NCBI GenBank assembly: GCA_947629365.1
Contig: CANRDM010000003.1
Coordinates: 1-40,915, forward strand
DNA: 40,915 nucleotides
Source: an uncultured Bacilli bacterium
GTDB taxonomy: Bacteria; Bacillota_I; Bacilli_A; RF39; UBA660
Reading direction: 5' to 3'
Under the pieces are notes generated by a model that was given only the letters and a program-made list of their open reading frames with translations, was not told the origin of the DNA and searched no databases. This document shows, one piece after another, positions 10,041 through 19,289 of the stretch (position 1 is the stretch's first letter; each line of letters starts with the position of its first letter). The translations under genes were made by a program, and so were the position numbers.

Positions 10041-10417
10041 CTTTCTCGTTCCTCCTCTTTATTATTGAATTTTTCTATTATTTTTTTATATAGTTTCAAA
10101 TCTAAACCATCTATGCTCTCTATATCACAATTATTTAATGTAAGAAAATCAAAAAACTCTATTAATTCAGTTACATTATTAGATAATTGTGAAATGTTTT
10201 CTATTATGACCTTTGAATATCGATGTTGTCTAACGTCATCTTTTAAATCTTCTAATTCTTTTCGGTTTTGTAAATTTCTTCTATCTTTAACTTTATCAAG
10301 ATAAATAGTACAATCATAACTTTTAATTAAACACCAATCTTTTATTCTTTTTAAATGATAACTAATTGATTTTTTATCTTTATTTTTAAAACTGGCATAA
10401 ACTGCGACTTTTTCCAT
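10037..10417 (-). CDS. Serine-recombinase catalytic-domain-like protein, catalytically degenerate
   Basis: KVAVYA...IYLD...NRKEL..LK.D...KVIIENISQLSNN follows the resolvase fold, but the YxRxS and DRLxR residues are replaced. Confidence 0.65.
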   Translation of the reverse strand: MEKVAVYASFKNKDKKSISYHLKRIKDWCLIKSYDCTIYLDKVKDRRNLQNRKELEDLKDDVRQHRYSKVIIENISQLSNNVTELIEFFDFLTLNNCDIESIDGLDLKLYKKIIEKFNNKEEERER

Positions 10418-10434
10418 TATTTTAACTCCCTTCT

Positions 10435-11073
10435 TTAATAATTTTCTTTTTCTATCAAAGTTGCTATATAAACAACTTGCATATTATTTTTAATGCAAGT
10501 AATAAGTGTTATATCCGATGTAGAGTTATTTTTTATAAAAGCCTTTCCTGTTTTTTCTATTTCATATCTATCCGATACTTCATATATATATTTAATACCT
10601 TTATAATAAAAATAAACTTCATCACTAATTTTTAATTTCTTTAAATTATTAAAAAAAGCAACTCGACTATTACCAGAATGAGATGCTAGTATTATATGAC
10701 TATTAGTTTGCTCATCTGGTAAAGTCGTTTCTTTTAAAAAATATATATTCTTATTTACATTATTTTTTGAACTATTTTTATCGTATAGTCCCCTTTTTAA
10801 ATTAATTTTTGGAATTTCTAAAATAGCAATATAATCTAATGAATCATCTTGAATATCAGTTTCTTGTTTCTCTTCTTCAATAGGAGGTTCTTCATTTACT
10901 TCAATTTCAAAAAAATTATCTACTTTTTCATTTTCAATTTTTTCTTGATTTTTATTATTTAGATAATCGTATATTATTATTGATGTTCCCCCAATAATTA
11001 GAAAAGTACCAATTACTACAAACAATGTATATATTTTATTTTTTATAGATTTTTCTTTTTTTAATAATGCCAT
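10435..11073 (-). CDS. Sortase (C60 family)
   Basis: N-terminal TM, LEIPKINL, LASHSG, TLITC. Confidence 0.9.
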   Translation of the reverse strand: MALLKKEKSIKNKIYTLFVVIGTFLIIGGTSIIIYDYLNNKNQEKIENEKVDNFFEIEVNEEPPIEEEKQETDIQDDSLDYIAILEIPKINLKRGLYDKNSSKNNVNKNIYFLKETTLPDEQTNSHIILASHSGNSRVAFFNNLKKLKISDEVYFYYKGIKYIYEVSDRYEIEKTGKAFIKNNSTSDITLITCIKNNMQVVYIATLIEKENY

Positions 11074-14000
11074 AACTAATCATTCCAATTCCTATAATTA
11101 TTAAAGAAAACATTACTAATGTTTGATAATCATTTTTAAAAGTATCCGGTACTATGATTTCTTGTAATTCATTAATTAATTGATTTTCGATGATTTCGCC
11201 ATCATTTTTTACTTCAAATTCAACCTTATCTTCTGATAATATATAATTATCAAGAGTAGCAATCTCTTTAAAATAATAATGACCATATTCTAGTTCTACT
11301 TCAATTAATCCGTTTTCATCAGTTACATAAGTATTAATTAGTTCATCATTCATATTGTATAGACCTATTGTAACACCCGCCAATGGTTTATTATTTTCAT
11401 CCACTTTCAAAAATTTAATAATAGATTTAATTTTTCTATTTGTCATAGTTGCTTTAACTATTTCGCCATCATTTTTAATCTCAAAATACATTTTTTCTTC
11501 ATTTAACACATAACCTTCAGGTGCCTCTTTTTCAAGAATATAATATTTGCCATACTTTAATTCAGGAATAACTATTTTACCAAATTCATCAGTTAGTCCA
11601 CTAAATATTAATTCATCAGTTTCCCAATTGTATATTTCAATTAAAGTATTTGGTAATGGTTCACTAGTTGATAAATCTTCCTTACTAAATTCTAATGTTC
11701 CAGTAATTAATTTATTTGTCATAGTTGCTTTTACTATCTCGCCATCGTTTTTAATCTCAAAATACATTTTTTCTTCATTTAACACATAACCTTCAGGTGC
11801 CTCTTTTTCAAGAATATAATATTTGCCATATCTTATTTCAGGAATAGTGATTTTACCAAATTCATCAGTTAGTCCACTAAATATTAATTCATCAGTTTTC
11901 TCATTGTATATTTCAATTAAAGTATTTGGTAACGGTTCGCTAGTTGATAAATCTTCCTTACTAAATTCTAGCGTTCCAGTAATTGGTTTATCTTTCATAG
12001 TTGCTTTTACAACTTCGCCGTTTTCTTTAATTTCAAAATATATTTTTTCTGTATTTAGTACATAGCCCTCAGGTGCATTTTCTTCCAAAATATAATATTT
12101 GCCAACTGGTAAATCTTTAATTACAATTTTTCCGTTTTTATCAGTAACACCTGTAAAAATTAATTCATCATTAATTGTATAAATCTTAATAGTTGTATCC
12201 GGTAATGGTTCACTAGTTGATAAGTCAGTTTTTGTGAACTCTAATGTACCTTTCTTTAAATAATTTTTAAAGTTAAATTCAACACTTACAACTGGTGTAT
12301 ATTGATCTTTATATTTTAATTCAAAATAATGAATTTCTTTATCGATTACATATTTATCAGGTGCTGATACTTCAACTAAATAATATTTGCCTAAATATAA
12401 GTTGCTAATTTTTAATTTACCATTTTTCGTTATATATGTATTAATATAGCTATCTTTTGAATACATTAATTTACCATCACCACTATAAATATCTTCATTA
12501 GCGTATAACTTATAGGCAACATTATCTAAAGGCACTTCTTCATATTCAAACTTACCATCTTTGATATTGAATACTTCTCCTTTTTTACTTAAATTAACTT
12601 CTCCTCTTACTGGAGTATTTTCAAACATTAACTCAATAATAGTGCCTAAACTATCATCTACATAAACATTATTTGATTCTTTACTTATCGTAAATTTTAA
12701 AGGTGTATTATTCCACAAATAGCCATTCATATATGTATCAACTTCTTCTAACTGATACTCGCCTCCCATAATTTCGTATGGAGTATATAAAATTCCGTTT
12801 TTATCTGTTTCAAAAACACAAATATTTTGAACTTCGGGATAGGCAACTTGTTGACAGACATATTCATCATAAATTAAGTCTTTAATTCTAAATTTAACAC
12901 CCGCCATTGGTATTACCCTTTTAGTAACGGAATCAATTTTAACAACTTTTACTCTAGCATTTAATGGTTCATTATTTACTACCCTTTCAACATCTTTATT
13001 ATTAATATTAATTTCAAAGCAAGGCGAATCATTAGTATAATCTGTACCTTTTATTTGACATACTCTATAAATTCCATAAGGTAGAGTAATATTTGCTTTA
13101 CCTAGACTATCCGTACGAATTGTTCCGGCTAATTTATTATCTCTTTTAAGATAAATATTAAACACAACATTCGGTTCAGTTTCAACAACTCCGCTTTCTC
13201 CATTTGTAGCAGTTTTAGTTAAATAAAATTTAAATTTTAAAACTTCTTCTTTAGATGTAGTTTTAATTGTTTCTTTATCGCTATGAATTGTTGCATTATA
13301 AACCTTATTATCAATTTTATAACCTTCGCTAGGTTTTAATTCTTTAATAGTATAATTTCCATAAGGTAATAATTTACTTTTGGCATAACCATCTTTATTA
13401 GTAGTTATCTCTTCAACCTTTTCACTTTTTGAATTAAAAATTCCATAAACCGCACCACTTAATTTTGCGTCGCCTTGTGGAATCGCCATATTGTTTTCCG
13501 AATCAACTTTATAAATTTCTAAATAACCTTTGATTACTTCTTCTTTAGAAGTAGTAGTTATTACTTGTTTATTAGAATTAATCTTTACTTGATATTCTTT
13601 TTTATCGAGTTTATAACCTTCACTTGGAGTTTTTTCTCTCAAAAAATACGTTCCATAAGGCAATAAATTACTCTTTGCATAACCAAATTCATTAGTTGTT
13701 AAGGTTGCCACTAATTTTTCTCTAATATCATAAATTTCATAAACTGCACCACTTAATTTTGCATTTCCTTGTGGAATTGCCTCGCCAGTTTCGGCATCTA
13801 CTTTGTTTATTTCAATATAACCCTTTATTACTTCTTCTTTAGAATTTACTGTTACTGTTCCGTGATCTTCAATAATGCTTACGGAATATTCATTTTTATC
13901 TAACAAATAGCCCTCACTAGGTTTTTCTTCTCTTACTACATAATTTCCATACGGTAATAATTCACTCCTAGCATAACCAGAACCATCAGTCACAAGTTCG

Positions 14001-15172
14001 CCAACTCTTAAATTATTGCTATCATATATTCCATAAATTGCTCCTTTTAGTTTTGCATCGCCTTGAGCGGTTGCTCTATTATTTTCGGCATCCACTTTGT
14101 AAATTTCAATATAGCCTTGTATTTTTCCATTTGTAATATTTAACGTTGCATTTGTTTTGCTCTCGTTTAGTTCAAATGAATATGTTGTTTCGCTTTTTGC
14201 GTAGCCCTCCGGAGTTGACAATTCTTTTATAGTATAATTTCCATACGCTAAATTTTCACATTTTCCATAACCATTGCTGTCGGTAGTTATAGTACAAACT
14301 TCACTATTTTCGGCATTATAAACGCCAAATTTTACTCCTGCTAACTTATTATTGTTGTCATCAGTTTTATAAATTTCAACTGAGCCGGAAATGGTATTTA
14401 CAGTTACTGATGCGTAAACTGGATCCGATGTTCCAAAATATACTTGTTTTTGACTTTTTCCATCACTAGCATAAAAAAAGATATTTTCATCATTTGTATA
14501 AGTTTTCTTTTTTAATTGTATATTCACACTACCACTTTTTGTCGGGGTAACCACTAAATCATTTCCTGATATATTTGCATTAGCACCATTGGAATTCATT
14601 ATCTCAAATTCGGATAATATATTTGAAGTATCTGTAAAAGTTACTTGACCTCCAACTAATGTATCTTTGGATGTTCCATCAAAAGATGGTACGTCATAAT
14701 GATGTTCTATTAAATTATTAATTTCGGCTCTTTCATCGGTAAAACGTAACATTTCGCCTCCGCCTTGTGCTTCAGTCCAAATCTCGTTTTGTTGACCTCC
14801 AACTTTTTCCCATATCATAAGTTGAGTTACCATTCTATATCGTAAAGATTTATGGGTTGGATAATTGTAACCATAATATGCGATTAATGAAATATCTCTT
14901 GTTAATTCATCATCATAAGGCGATTCTCCTTGAGCCATATAAGTATGATCTGTTACATCTATACCTGGTTCGACACAAAAAGTTACTTTGCCGTCTATTT
15001 CATAACTATGGAATTCCCCCGAATGTGGTCTTTGACCTCCTCCTCTTCGATAAAAATAATAATTTTCAAATGTTTCAGTTAATGTTGCTGCTTTTACATT
15101 TTGATTATTAATACAAAAAAATGACAATATCATTGCCATTGTAAATAATATAAATTTTAATTTTTGTTTCAT
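11036..15172 (-). CDS. Surface adhesin: thioester domain plus SpaA/CnaB-type repeats, sortase-anchored
   Basis: Signal peptide, FCVEPG and TQLMIW motifs, repeated G.Y...E..AP.GY units, VPDTF followed by a TM segment and basic tail. Confidence 0.9.
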   Translation of the reverse strand: MKQKLKFILFTMAMILSFFCINNQNVKAATLTETFENYYFYRRGGGQRPHSGEFHSYEIDGKVTFCVEPGIDVTDHTYMAQGESPYDDELTRDISLIAYYGYNYPTHKSLRYRMVTQLMIWEKVGGQQNEIWTEAQGGGEMLRFTDERAEINNLIEHHYDVPSFDGTSKDTLVGGQVTFTDTSNILSEFEIMNSNGANANISGNDLVVTPTKSGSVNIQLKKKTYTNDENIFFYASDGKSQKQVYFGTSDPVYASVTVNTISGSVEIYKTDDNNNKLAGVKFGVYNAENSEVCTITTDSNGYGKCENLAYGNYTIKELSTPEGYAKSETTYSFELNESKTNATLNITNGKIQGYIEIYKVDAENNRATAQGDAKLKGAIYGIYDSNNLRVGELVTDGSGYARSELLPYGNYVVREEKPSEGYLLDKNEYSVSIIEDHGTVTVNSKEEVIKGYIEINKVDAETGEAIPQGNAKLSGAVYEIYDIREKLVATLTTNEFGYAKSNLLPYGTYFLREKTPSEGYKLDKKEYQVKINSNKQVITTTSKEEVIKGYLEIYKVDSENNMAIPQGDAKLSGAVYGIFNSKSEKVEEITTNKDGYAKSKLLPYGNYTIKELKPSEGYKIDNKVYNATIHSDKETIKTTSKEEVLKFKFYLTKTATNGESGVVETEPNVVFNIYLKRDNKLAGTIRTDSLGKANITLPYGIYRVCQIKGTDYTNDSPCFEININNKDVERVVNNEPLNARVKVVKIDSVTKRVIPMAGVKFRIKDLIYDEYVCQQVAYPEVQNICVFETDKNGILYTPYEIMGGEYQLEEVDTYMNGYLWNNTPLKFTISKESNNVYVDDSLGTIIELMFENTPVRGEVNLSKKGEVFNIKDGKFEYEEVPLDNVAYKLYANEDIYSGDGKLMYSKDSYINTYITKNGKLKISNLYLGKYYLVEVSAPDKYVIDKEIHYFELKYKDQYTPVVSVEFNFKNYLKKGTLEFTKTDLSTSEPLPDTTIKIYTINDELIFTGVTDKNGKIVIKDLPVGKYYILEENAPEGYVLNTEKIYFEIKENGEVVKATMKDKPITGTLEFSKEDLSTSEPLPNTLIEIYNEKTDELIFSGLTDEFGKITIPEIRYGKYYILEKEAPEGYVLNEEKMYFEIKNDGEIVKATMTNKLITGTLEFSKEDLSTSEPLPNTLIEIYNWETDELIFSGLTDEFGKIVIPELKYGKYYILEKEAPEGYVLNEEKMYFEIKNDGEIVKATMTNRKIKSIIKFLKVDENNKPLAGVTIGLYNMNDELINTYVTDENGLIEVELEYGHYYFKEIATLDNYILSEDKVEFEVKNDGEIIENQLINELQEIIVPDTFKNDYQTLVMFSLIIIGIGMISYGIIKKRKIYKK
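11437..12250. repeat. Intragenic tandem repeat, 276-bp period (two near-identical copies plus one diverged)
   Basis: Copies start near 11437 and 11713; each encodes a 92-aa SpaA-like unit. Confidence 0.9.
13240..14120. repeat. Intragenic tandem repeat, 294-bp period, three diverged copies
   Basis: GY(I/L)EI.KVD.E units; equivalent anchor positions at 13515, 13809 and 14103. Confidence 0.85.
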
Positions 15173-15205
15173 ATTTTACCTTCTTTCCATAAAAAAACAA
15201 CCATT

Positions 15206-15877
15206 TTAGGTTGTATATATTTCGTTCGTGCCATCCGCAAAGAAAATAACAAGTTTATAACCTGATTCATTTTCATACGCTCCGCTTGAACACATTAAGT
15301 TTTTAAATTTTAATCCTTTTGAAAACAATTCACTTGCAACATCATCACAAGCCTTAGAACACTCATCATTTGAAGAATATCGATAAATTTTTTTCCATTC
15401 TTTGTATTCGGCAGTATTATGATAATCTTCTTTTTCAACAATATTTTTATCGAGTTCAGTATCCGTATTTTCTTCAACAACTTCATCATTTTTATTTGCA
15501 TCTTCGTTTATTTCTTGCTTTTCTTGATTATTTTCTATTTGACTTTCATCTTTTACATTGGAACTATTTACATCTTTTTTACTAGAATTATCTTCTATTT
15601 TACTATCTACTTGTTTGTCAGTTGCTTTTTTATCTTCGGTATCTTTTGGTAGTTCCTCAATTAAAGTATCGTCTTCTTTTGTTGTTTCTTCTTTTTCTTC
15701 ATCATCATTATTTTCAATATCTTGAATATCTTTAGTAGTTACTTGTTCTTCACTTGTTGAATCATCTTCTTTAAAAACTGCTTTTTCAGTAATATTGTTA
15801 TTCATATTCTTATTATTACTACACCCAGTTGAAATTATTACTAAAATGGCTATAAAAATAAATAGTACCTTTTTCAA
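15206..15877 (-). CDS. Lipoprotein with an acidic low-complexity linker
   Basis: MKK, hydrophobic stretch and lipobox STGC; TTG start with AAGGAG RBS. Confidence 0.8.
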   Translation of the reverse strand: MKKVLFIFIAILVIISTGCSNNKNMNNNITEKAVFKEDDSTSEEQVTTKDIQDIENNDDEEKEETTKEDDTLIEELPKDTEDKKATDKQVDSKIEDNSSKKDVNSSNVKDESQIENNQEKQEINEDANKNDEVVEENTDTELDKNIVEKEDYHNTAEYKEWKKIYRYSSNDECSKACDDVASELFSKGLKFKNLMCSSGAYENESGYKLVIFFADGTNEIYTT

Positions 15878-15902
15878 ACAAATTACTCCTTTACTTATTA
15901 AT

Positions 15903-15911
15903 ATTATACCA
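15903..15911 (-). promoter_or_regulatory. Extended -10 promoter element
   Basis: TGGTATAAT on the minus strand upstream of the lipoprotein RBS. Confidence 0.5.
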
Positions 15912-15936
15912 CAATTTTAAAGCATTGTTTTTCACG

Positions 15937-16029
15937 CTATCCTAGGTCAAATAAATGTAACTTGGATAAAAAATTTAGATACTTATAATATGAAATTTTA
16001 AATTCATAATTTTTTAAATATTTTTCCAT
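15937..16029 (-). CDS. 30-aa small ORF not in the ORF track (MEKYLKNYEFKISYYKYLNFLSKLHLFDLG)
   Basis: AAAGGAGGT RBS correctly spaced from the ATG at 16029; TAG at 15939-15937. Confidence 0.55.
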   Translation of the reverse strand: MEKYLKNYEFKISYYKYLNFLSKLHLFDLG

Positions 16030-16063
16030 ACTTACCTCCTTTACTCCAAATAAAAAAAGATAG

Positions 16064-16582
16064 TTAAATACTATCATTTAATGTTTTTAATTCAAGCCAA
16101 ACTTTGACTAAACAACTCATTTTAATTCCCTGCAATGTTTGCTTACAAATATGTAATCTTTCAGCAATAAATTCTTCCGACTTATTTCTAAAAAATGAAT
16201 CTACTAAATAAATAGCCTCATTTAATGTCAATTTTGCCGAAACGTGAATTAAAGTCTTGTAAAAAATACTAACCCAAATTTTTCCATCTTCTTGCTTTTG
16301 AACAATATTTTCTACACTACTTTCAGTTGACTTACTTGTTTCATAATCTTTTAAAGCATAATCAGGAACTAGATTAATTAACTGCTCTAATTGAAAATTA
16401 TAATAATATTTTGCATCTTTAAATTTATTAAACTTTTTAGTAATTTCTTCTTTTATTTCTTTAATATTATATTGGTCAATTACACTTTTTCTTAAAGGTT
16501 CCGAAAACTCATCATATTTTTTTGATGTTTTTAGAACTTCATTAGGCAAGTCTAATATTTTATCTAAAGTCAAAATATCCAT
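16064..16582 (-). CDS. Putative transcriptional regulator with a C-terminal sigma-4/ArpU-like HTH
   Basis: LTLNEAIYL..SFFRNKSEEFIAERLHICKQTL..IK pattern; first gene of the transfer region. Confidence 0.5.
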   Translation of the reverse strand: MDILTLDKILDLPNEVLKTSKKYDEFSEPLRKSVIDQYNIKEIKEEITKKFNKFKDAKYYYNFQLEQLINLVPDYALKDYETSKSTESSVENIVQKQEDGKIWVSIFYKTLIHVSAKLTLNEAIYLVDSFFRNKSEEFIAERLHICKQTLQGIKMSCLVKVWLELKTLNDSI

Positions 16583-16623
16583 TATACCCTCCTTCTAAGC
16601 AATATTTCCAATAATTGCCATTT

Positions 16624-16652
16624 ATTTTAATTTAATGCGGTGTTTATGTCAA
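16624..16652 (-). promoter_or_regulatory. Sigma-A promoter
   Basis: TTGACA (16652-16647), 17-bp spacer, TAAAAT (16629-16624). Confidence 0.7.
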
Positions 16653-16672
16653 GCGACATTTATAAAAACATT

Positions 16673-16714
16673 AAAAAAAATGAATTTATTTCTCTTTCCA
16701 GAATTAAATTCATT
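16673..16714 (-). terminator. Intrinsic terminator after the oxidoreductase gene
   Basis: 15-bp stem with one mismatch (AATGAATTTATTTCT/AGAATTAAATTCATT), 6-nt loop, T run on the minus strand. Confidence 0.65.
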
Positions 16715-16748
16715 GTAACTAATTATACTCATTAAAATTCTAATGTCT

Positions 16749-16810
16749 ATACTAAAATCAGTCTAACTTTAGTCTAAAATCAGTCTAATGTTAGTCTAAT
16801 AATAGTCTAA
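16749..16810. repeat. Helically phased heptamer array (AGTCTAA x5, 11-bp period)
   Basis: Exact copies at 16760, 16771, 16782, 16793 and 16804; degenerate ATACTAA at 16749. Confidence 0.9.
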
Positions 16811-18612
16811 TTTTTCTTCTTTATAATTTTAACTATCTTTTCAAGTGTTCTATTTTTAACTAAATATTCTAAATATTTTTTATATATATTATAAAATAAT
16901 TTATTAGAAAATTCTCTTCTTAATAATGATGGTGCAATTTCGTCATATATACTAATATTTAAAGACAATTCCCATTTATTATTAATATCAAAACCTATTA
17001 ATTCAACATCATAACCCTCTTTTTGATAATTTTTATCAAAAATAAGTTTCTTTATCTTATCGTCATAATTATTTTTGTTAGAATAACTTTTTAAATCATC
17101 TATATTAATATTTTTATTAAAAGCATCATTTATATTAATTTTTTCTTTATGTTCACTATTGGCATAATGATTATGAATTCCTAAAGCACAACTTGATAAT
17201 ATTTCAATTCCTAATGCTTGATCTTTAATATCGCCTTTTTTACAATTTCCTTTTAAAAATTTACTTAAATATACTTCTCTTGAAAGTTCATTATACCCTA
17301 AAATATTTTCTTTTTCTTTGTCAGTATATAAACTACCTAAAGTTACTCGTTCAAAAGGCTTTCCACCAATTACATCAACATTTCTATATATATCTATATC
17401 AAAATGTTCTAACCCGCCTGTTTGTTCTTCTAAAGCCATATCATCTAATCTATCTTTTATTTCTTTTGATTGGTAACTATGTATTTGAATATTTAATAAA
17501 GTTCCAACTTGTATATTTATTCTTTCGTGTCTTATTCTTCCATTATTTTTATAATAGTCTTTTGATTGAATCCAACCCCGTCTTGAAAATCCATAATGCA
17601 ATAAATTAAGGTTTACATTTGTAATAGTTTCATTATAGTCATTTGTAAATTTCATTAATCCATAATAATTCTTTTCGCCATATTTTTTAAATTCAAAGTT
17701 TCGCTTATCATTATAAAATTCAGGAATAATTTGATTTTTAAATATAGTTTTATAATCTTCTATATTAAAGACATTTAACTCATCTAATGGTGTAAAACAA
17801 TTACTATAAACTTCTCCTTTAGTTATTTTTTTAGTACCACCTAGTTGCATATTTATTTTAAGAAAATCACTTAATAAGTCGATAAAATGATAACCACTAT
17901 GGAATAACTTACCATATCCATACTTATATGGATGATTTTCTTTATTAAGATCGTGAGGCATTTCCCAGTTTCCATCACAATGATAAATGTCTATATATGT
18001 AATTGGAATATTATATTTTTTAACAACATCATTAAGAAGTTTTTTTACATATTCATAGCCTTTATGATATTGTCTTTGACACATTATTTTACACATACCA
18101 CTTGAATTTTTTGATAGTTCCAATAACTCATAATATTGGTTTTTAATATCATTAATACTTTTTATACTAGTCATATTTTTATTTACGGAAATTGGTTTGT
18201 CTGATAAAACGTGAATATTATTTTTTAAAGCAAATTCGATATACATATAATGGGCTTTAGGTTCAGTTGCCACTATAATATGTGTTATTTCTAATAAATT
18301 ACATACCACTAATAAATCGTTTGATTCTTTTGAAGGCAAATGCAAATTGTCCTTTATACTATCATCAATAGTAAATAATTTAGTATGATTAAATCCCATT
18401 TCCGTTAAATATTTTTTTGTTACATCTTTCTTGGAATTTAATTCAACTACTAATGCTAAATTAATATGATGTTTTTTTAAGTAATTTAAATAAATTCTTT
18501 TTGCGTGAGGCCCAATGCCTATTAAAGCAACGGAAATAGTATCATTATTTTTAAACATTTTTTTATTTATATCTTCTTTATTGTCTAAAATATAACCAAT
18601 TGCTTTATTCAT
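16807..18612 (-). CDS. Gfo/Idh/MocA-family oxidoreductase with a C-terminal extension
   Basis: VALIGIGPHA Rossmann motif, HVLSDKP, GKLFHSGYHFID. Confidence 0.8.
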   Translation of the reverse strand: MNKAIGYILDNKEDINKKMFKNNDTISVALIGIGPHAKRIYLNYLKKHHINLALVVELNSKKDVTKKYLTEMGFNHTKLFTIDDSIKDNLHLPSKESNDLLVVCNLLEITHIIVATEPKAHYMYIEFALKNNIHVLSDKPISVNKNMTSIKSINDIKNQYYELLELSKNSSGMCKIMCQRQYHKGYEYVKKLLNDVVKKYNIPITYIDIYHCDGNWEMPHDLNKENHPYKYGYGKLFHSGYHFIDLLSDFLKINMQLGGTKKITKGEVYSNCFTPLDELNVFNIEDYKTIFKNQIIPEFYNDKRNFEFKKYGEKNYYGLMKFTNDYNETITNVNLNLLHYGFSRRGWIQSKDYYKNNGRIRHERINIQVGTLLNIQIHSYQSKEIKDRLDDMALEEQTGGLEHFDIDIYRNVDVIGGKPFERVTLGSLYTDKEKENILGYNELSREVYLSKFLKGNCKKGDIKDQALGIEILSSCALGIHNHYANSEHKEKININDAFNKNINIDDLKSYSNKNNYDDKIKKLIFDKNYQKEGYDVELIGFDINNKWELSLNISIYDEIAPSLLRREFSNKLFYNIYKKYLEYLVKNRTLEKIVKIIKKKN

Positions 18613-18640
18613 TGAAAAAGACCTCCCTTTTGTAGGCCTT

Positions 18641-18707
18641 ATTATATTTTAATTATTGACTTTTTGTAAATTATAAATTTTGCAACGTGTATTATCAAAT
18701 TTGCAAA
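18641..18707 (-). promoter_or_regulatory. Promoter with an upstream inverted repeat (possible LysR site)
   Basis: TTTACA, 18-bp spacer, TATAAT (18670-18641); IR TTTGCAA (18679-18685)/TTGCAAA (18701-18707). Confidence 0.4.
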
Positions 18708-18712
18708 GCCAA

Positions 18713-19255
18713 TTAATAATAATTAATTTTGTAGTATTTTAATATGTTATAATCTCGCTTTATAATAAATCTTGTATGATAAATACTTAAATCGCCATCA
18801 TATTTAGAACTTTTTAAATCTTTTTCACATTCTTTTATTTTTTTCATTGCAATATCATAATCAAGCCAAAGTAATTTAGCACCTTCATCTAATTCTTGCT
18901 TTGTGTAATTCGGGCTATGAAGTTTTTTAACAACGTGAGCGACAAATACATAAGAGGTTTGAATAAAATTATCATATGATTTTAATTCTTCGATTGTTCC
19001 TAAACTTTCATCTATTGAAATTTCATAACCAGTTTCCTCTAATGATTCTCTTATAAATGCATCAACTGGATCTTCATCTTTTTCAATTCCACCACCAACT
19101 AACTTATATTCATTTTTATTTTCTTTATACAAAATTGCAATTTTATATTCATCATTAAAAATAATTCCTCTTGCTCCGTAACGGCGTCTAGGGTTTTCAA
19201 ACTTTATTGGTTTCATTCCTAAATCTTCATCAGTTATATTTTTTAAGCATATCAT
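18713..19255 (-). CDS. NUDIX hydrolase
   Basis: Nudix box GGGIEKDEDPVDAFIRESLEETGY. Confidence 0.9.
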   Translation of the reverse strand: MICLKNITDEDLGMKPIKFENPRRRYGARGIIFNDEYKIAILYKENKNEYKLVGGGIEKDEDPVDAFIRESLEETGYEISIDESLGTIEELKSYDNFIQTSYVFVAHVVKKLHSPNYTKQELDEGAKLLWLDYDIAMKKIKECEKDLKSSKYDGDLSIYHTRFIIKRDYNILKYYKINYY

Positions 19256-19289
19256 TTTGTACCACCTTTACCTTATTAAAAAGCCAGTT

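Noticed and set aside
11437-11994. DGR template/variable repeat pair
   Set aside because: Differences include A/T, T/C and A/G changes in both directions, not adenine-only, and both copies are in-frame domain repeats. No other TR/VR pair was seen by eye.
1-16582. Missing VirD4 coupling protein as an anomaly
   Set aside because: The element continues beyond the left edge, so absence cannot be concluded.
16749-16810. CRISPR array
   Set aside because: 7-nt repeats with 4-nt spacers are far too short, and there are no cas genes.
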